A stretch of DNA of 64,000 nucleotides from Bacteroidota bacterium (GTDB lineage Bacteria; Bacteroidota; Bacteroidia; Chitinophagales; Chitinophagaceae), in the NCBI GenBank assembly GCA_013286485.1, contig JABDFN010000001.1, forward strand, positions 4,867-68,866. The letters are read 5' to 3'. This document shows positions 59,643 through 64,000 of the stretch, piece after piece (the first letter of the stretch is position 1; each line of letters starts with the position of its first letter). The notes beneath the pieces are model-generated. The model saw nothing but the letters and a program-made list of their open reading frames with translations. It was not told where the DNA came from and did no database searches. Made by a program: the position numbers and the translations under genes.

Positions 59643-60243
59643 GCATATAAGCAAGCGTTTTCAACGGCACTGGATATTTAAAGACATCAACTATTCCTTT
59701 TCCGATAATGGAACTTATGCATTATTAGGCCCCAACGGAAGCGGCAAATCTACCCTACTGCGCATTATTGCCGGTATGCAAACAGCCTCGTCCGGACAGA
59801 TCATACACGCTTACGACGAGAAAAAAATTGAAGTAAATTCTTTATTCCCTTTCATTAGCTTTTGCGCACCCGGGCAAGAAATTGTGGAAGAGCTGACATT
59901 GAAAGAATTTTTGACGTTCCATTTTTCTTTTAAAAGGCCGATGCATGGGCTAAGAATAGACGACATTATTGCCATTACAAATCTTGGTATAGCAGCAAAT
60001 AAACAGGTAGTTGATTATTCATCCGGCATGAAGCAAAGAGTAAAGCTGGCACAAGCTATCTTTTCTGATACTCCAGTTTTATTATTAGATGAACCCTGTA
60101 CAAACTTAGACCAAACAGGGGTGGAACAATACCGTAACTGGATAGAAATTTATTCTAAAAACAGGCTTGTTATTGTTGCATCTAATGATGTAAGAGAGCA
60201 TTTTTTCTGTAAAGAGCAGATAACGCTTGAAGATTATAAATAG
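59626..60243 (+). CDS. ABC transporter ATP-binding protein (stand-alone ATPase)
   Basis: Walker A GPNGSGKST, signature SSGMKQR, Walker B LLLDEP. It overlaps lpxA by 17 nt. Confidence 0.88.
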   Translation: MKISLEHISKRFQRHWIFKDINYSFSDNGTYALLGPNGSGKSTLLRIIAGMQTASSGQIIHAYDEKKIEVNSLFPFISFCAPGQEIVEELTLKEFLTFHFSFKRPMHGLRIDDIIAITNLGIAANKQVVDYSSGMKQRVKLAQAIFSDTPVLLLDEPCTNLDQTGVEQYRNWIEIYSKNRLVIVASNDVREHFFCKEQITLEDYK

Positions 60244-60267
60244 TGGTATTGCTGCAAAGAAGAACCT

Positions 60268-62049
60268 TTAATTAAAAGACCAAACTTTTAAATTATCTAT
60301 CAAAACCTGTTTCTGACTATCGGAATTAAGAAAAAGAATTCCTATAGAATCGAAATTTTCTTTAGGAATTTTTACATCTATATAAATATTTTTAGTTTTA
60401 CCTGTTTCAATAAATCTTGATATTCTAATAAGGCGTTCTTTGACTATATCATTTCCTTTATAAAAACGTACAATAAACTGAGGCATGAGCCAAGGTGTCC
60501 ATTCTTTATTTATTGTAAGAAATGTAGCTTCTGCCCTAACCCAATTGGCATGGTCAATAGAATATGGGAATCTATAAACAGCAGTGCTTTGGTGGTCCTT
60601 ATCAAGATATAAAGATACCTTACCATCTACAGGTGGAAAAGGACAATAAACAGTATCTTTTTCGAAATCATTACTGTATAACAATTGCAAGTTTTGAGGT
60701 ATTCCTTCAAAGTAATCGGTATTATATCTTAATTTATTGACATCGTTAGGTACATGCCATCGTCCAGCAACCTTCCAGAAATAAACGTTTGTCATGTAAT
60801 CATTAGGAACAATGAAGCCAATAGTATGACATTGATAAATATACCACAGGTTAAAATAAGTAAACACAATTGCAATTGGTGTTACAATCCATAATAAATA
60901 TTTTCTCTGTAAAACAGTATTTAGAAAAGATGCAATTGGGAAAAACAATATTGGATAACTCTGCACCATCGCTCTTCCCCCATACCACCATTGGTTCCAG
61001 GCGCAAATAATATAATAGTTAATAATAAAGAAGGAAAGGATAGCTAATTTGTTTTTACCACTTCTTAAAAAAGGAATAATACCTATGAAAGCGAATATCA
61101 TTATTGGTGTATAAACTAACCAGCCGCTATCAAAACTAAAAGTGTACTCTATTATATGAGGTGATTTGAAAGAAAAACCCTGGTCCTCATAACTATATAC
61201 CAGCCAATTTCCGGTTATATACTTCCAATAAATTAGCTGTATAGATATAATAACAAATGCACAAAGAAAAGCAACAAACATTTTTTTTCGGTGAGTATAT
61301 AATACCCATAACCTTTGTTTTATTGATATTTTGGAAATATGCACAATACCCCATAATAAAGGAATAAGTACTGCAATAATTTCCGTAGGCCGTATTAGCG
61401 TTGCTAACCCTATTAATAATCCTATTCTTATGGCATACTTGTATTGATAATTTTGATAAAAATAGACCGTGTTCAATACCAAAAAGACATAAATAGTAAA
61501 CAACCAGCTATGACTCATTCCTACATCAATAGCACTATAGTCCAGGTAGTTGGTACCAAACGCTAATAGCAACATGCATGTTGCCACTACAATATCATTG
61601 TAAAACAACAATAATAGTTTTCTAAAATACCATAAGCCTATTAAAGCAAACAGAACACCCCCTAACTGTATAAAAAACTGGTAAGGCAGCGAAAATCCAT
61701 CTTGCGGATAGCCCAGAGGTTTTGCTAACAAATTTGCAGCTGTAAAAAAGGGCAAGTACACTACAGCCATACCTGATGAATATTTCATCACCCAATTGCC
61801 ATTCTTGCTTGCATAGCCCGGCTTATGATCATCAGCCGGGTGGTACTTTTTTACGATGGTATCAAGAAATACTTGTTTCTTAATATCCTTATAAATAAAT
61901 ATTGCAGGTAAATAAGAATAGTACCCATAAACATCCCATGATATTAGCGCCTCGCCTCCTGATTTCTCCCATTTAGGATAAAAAGAAAAAGATGCATATA
62001 CTAATAAACAGCTACATAGAAAATATGAAATCCTAGATGATAAAAACAA
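60268..62049 (-). CDS. GT-C-fold (ArnT/PMT-like) membrane glycosyltransferase-like protein
   Basis: 593 aa with about 11-13 TM in the N-terminal two-thirds (WDVYGYYSYLPAIFIYKD loop, LIRPTE motif region) and a soluble C-terminal domain. The family call is by resemblance only. The gene is AT-rich. Confidence 0.55.
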   Translation of the reverse strand: MFLSSRISYFLCSCLLVYASFSFYPKWEKSGGEALISWDVYGYYSYLPAIFIYKDIKKQVFLDTIVKKYHPADDHKPGYASKNGNWVMKYSSGMAVVYLPFFTAANLLAKPLGYPQDGFSLPYQFFIQLGGVLFALIGLWYFRKLLLLFYNDIVVATCMLLLAFGTNYLDYSAIDVGMSHSWLFTIYVFLVLNTVYFYQNYQYKYAIRIGLLIGLATLIRPTEIIAVLIPLLWGIVHISKISIKQRLWVLYTHRKKMFVAFLCAFVIISIQLIYWKYITGNWLVYSYEDQGFSFKSPHIIEYTFSFDSGWLVYTPIMIFAFIGIIPFLRSGKNKLAILSFFIINYYIICAWNQWWYGGRAMVQSYPILFFPIASFLNTVLQRKYLLWIVTPIAIVFTYFNLWYIYQCHTIGFIVPNDYMTNVYFWKVAGRWHVPNDVNKLRYNTDYFEGIPQNLQLLYSNDFEKDTVYCPFPPVDGKVSLYLDKDHQSTAVYRFPYSIDHANWVRAEATFLTINKEWTPWLMPQFIVRFYKGNDIVKERLIRISRFIETGKTKNIYIDVKIPKENFDSIGILFLNSDSQKQVLIDNLKVWSFN

Positions 62050-62062
62050 TATTGTAGTTTAA

Positions 62063-64000
62063 TTAATACTTTACTAACTTAAACGTTTTTTCTTCTGAGT
62101 TTGTATATACATATACAACGTAAACGCCAGAGTTATATTCGCTCAAATCTATTTTAATTTTTCCGTTTTCTAAAATTATAGGTAATTCCTTTGTTCTACC
62201 ATCCATGCTTGACAAAGTCATTTTTTTAATTTCACTAATATTCATGTTCAAATATGAAACATTGTAAGTTGGATTAGGTTGCAATAAATTTTCAAGACTT
62301 TGATTTAAAATAGTTACATTATTATCCTTATTATTAAAATCATTATTTGCATTCAAAGCACTTTGATGAGTATTGCTATCTGAAATTTTGCTTATTTGAT
62401 GCGATGCTTTCATAAGTGTCATATCTGTAAAATTATAACAGGCAGGATTGAGATTTTCGCAATTATTATCCCAATAGATAATCCTAATTTTGTTATCCGT
62501 ACCTCTATAAGATATACGTGTATCAGTTGGTGGCGGGACTGCTGAACTTATTGTGACTAAATGAAAATCTCCTGCTACACTTCTTTCATTAGTTGAAAAC
62601 ATTGGCATTGCAGTATAATCAGTTCCATTCCAATAGACTACCCATGGACTATTATCTGTACCTACATAATAATATTGGGCATTACTCGGATCTTGTCCTA
62701 TTATTATTCCTTCTCTAACATTGTCAACATCGGTAGCAATAGTAGCACCATACATATGTGCCTTAAAATTTGCAGGGGGGTTATAGTGTATCATACCTCC
62801 AGAAACATATGCAGTTACTATTTTTAATTTGTTACTTCCATCTTTGTACATGAAATAATTCATTGATATATCAGGTGATATAGCAAGATCAGATATGACA
62901 TCACCAGTTGTTGTTATTTGCCATCCACCACCGTGCGCCGCATCTGTTTCGTATATATTGTTTGTATTATCTATATAATATAAATCATAAAAATTCCATG
63001 GGTGATGAATTAAATTGCTTCCAACATTTCCCCCAACAGATACTAAAGTATTAGTCCATGTAGAGGTTGTTGTAGGCCTTGAAGCATAAGTTAAATCTCC
63101 AGATAAATTTTTATAGACAAAATTTAGGCCGTCGCTCTCACTTGAAATAAATTCAGACATACAATCAGCGCCAATAATGTTTGATGTCCAACTGCTACCT
63201 GTCCAATCAGCGCTAAAGACAGAGTTTCCAAAAGCAAAAAAGACATTCCCGCCATTATTGGCAACGGATATATGCCCATTATAGGGCGGGAAAAAAGATC
63301 CACCCACTAGCCCACCAGTAATAAAACCACCATAAGAAGGATCCCAATAAGTTGAATATACTCCATTAGGCAAACCATAATAAAAAAACTTACCTCCTCC
63401 TTGACAACCTTTTAAACAACCTTGAACATTTACCGGTATAAAATCTTTGGTATCAATAACCTGTTTTCTCCAACCTGCTGAAGGTTTGTAAGTTGTGTAA
63501 TGATATAAGTTTTTTAAAAAATTATAGTATAAAATATAAGAATTATTATCGTTATATGAATAACCATATGTGGGTAGAATATAACCAGTATAATAATTAA
63601 AGTAAGATAGATAATTATTTGGTTTGTAAATTTTCACATAATCAACGATAAGCGGATCATAAGAAGCTCCTAAATCTGCACATTGTAACCCTCCACTTAT
63701 AACAGAAACTTGGCTAAACCATCTAATAAGGTTTGCAATATCAGGAGATGGTTTTAGCGCCCCTGTAGAAACGTCATAAAATTCATTGTACCATGGCAAA
63801 TGAGTTACATCATTATCTGTCTTTAATTCTATTCCATCAAAAAAAAATGTCACTTTTTCAGGTGTCCAAACAATAGTCCAAGTGTGAAAATCATCAGATA
63901 AATGATAAGCAGATGGGTGATAATAATTAGTACATGCACAGTTATAAATACTATGTGTATACGATGCATAAGGACATGTAATTGGGTTATCATTCCAATG
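62063..64000 (-). CDS. T9SS-secreted protein: concanavalin/GH16-like domain + Trp/Tyr-rich beta-propeller-like region + C-terminal sorting domain (5' end beyond the window)
   Basis: The track starts it at GTG 63853, but the frame stays open to 64000. My translation upstream reads ...HWNDNPITCPYASYTHSIYNCACTNYYHPSAYHLSDDFHTWTIVWTPEKVTFFFDGIEL, the FHT-x-WTP-x-(3)-F-x-DG strand pattern of GH16/LamG-type folds, with ...LIVDYVKIYKP closing the domain. The C-terminus LQPNPTYNVSYLNMN...GVYVVYVYT...FKLVKY is a T9SS sorting domain. Confidence 0.7.
   Translation of the reverse strand, partial: HWNDNPITCPYASYTHSIYNCACTNYYHPSAYHLSDDFHTWTIVWTPEKVTFFFDGIELKTDNDVTHLPWYNEFYDVSTGALKPSPDIANLIRWFSQVSVISGGLQCADLGASYDPLIVDYVKIYKPNNYLSYFNYYTGYILPTYGYSYNDNNSYILYYNFLKNLYHYTTYKPSAGWRKQVIDTKDFIPVNVQGCLKGCQGGGKFFYYGLPNGVYSTYWDPSYGGFITGGLVGGSFFPPYNGHISVANNGGNVFFAFGNSVFSADWTGSSWTSNIIGADCMSEFISSESDGLNFVYKNLSGDLTYASRPTTTSTWTNTLVSVGGNVGSNLIHHPWNFYDLYYIDNTNNIYETDAAHGGGWQITTTGDVISDLAISPDISMNYFMYKDGSNKLKIVTAYVSGGMIHYNPPANFKAHMYGATIATDVDNVREGIIIGQDPSNAQYYYVGTDNSPWVVYWNGTDYTAMPMFSTNERSVAGDFHLVTISSAVPPPTDTRISYRGTDNKIRIIYWDNNCENLNPACYNFTDMTLMKASHQISKISDSNTHQSALNANNDFNNKDNNVTILNQSLENLLQPNPTYNVSYLNMNISEIKKMTLSSMDGRTKELPIILENGKIKIDLSEYNSGVYVVYVYTNSEEKTFKLVKY

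Noticed and set aside
1-64000. Search for mobile elements, defence islands, prophage genes, toxin-antitoxin pairs, a CRISPR array and rRNA/tRNA genes.
   Set aside because: No integrase, transposase, recombinase, restriction-modification, Cas, phage structural or small paired-ORF signatures were seen in any frame. The only tRNA-like sequence is the truncated fragment at 26908-26960.

Overview
This is a 64-kb chromosomal segment from an AT-rich Bacteroidota genome, Chitinophagaceae/Sphingobacteriia-like. The taxonomic call rests on TAnnTTTG -7 promoter boxes, two T9SS C-terminal sorting domains, a fused LpxC/FabZ, a YfhO gene and a BlaI/BlaR1 pair. I support about 57 protein genes, mostly housekeeping: clpB, tatA, rpsT, truA, rocD, rpsL-rpsG, recA, glmM, gltA, recF, pdhA, ribH, prs, rplY, a PBP1A, and lpxD-lpxC/fabZ-lpxA. 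I saw no rRNA, intact tRNA, CRISPR array, integrase, transposase or recognisable defence gene, so I call no mobile element and cannot name a new system with confidence. The parts that housekeeping does not explain are listed here:

1. A cassette at 22035-24990: an orphan Cys-rich protein, a 6-TM protein, a HisKA_3 kinase and a NarL-type regulator. A divergent orphan gene sits next to it at 25192-25722.
2. A 750-bp non-coding tract (26305-27055) with a degenerate tRNA-like 3' fragment, just upstream of an rpsL-rpsG pair that is terminated and followed by recA rather than fusA.
3. An orphan 505-aa protein (5429-6946), next to a module of two small membrane proteins and a di-haem cytochrome c.
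4. A 1921-aa T9SS adhesin with 13 tandem repeats of 267-276 bp (mostly 276) and 3 divergent Ig-like repeats.
5. A 676-bp divergent intergenic region (47410-48085) built from short duplicated words, including TTTCAC boxes phased at 10-11 bp.
6. A markedly AT-richer right end (60268-64000) encoding a GT-C-like membrane protein and a GH16-like/propeller-like T9SS cargo.

All functional calls come from reading the translations and motifs by eye; no database search was possible.
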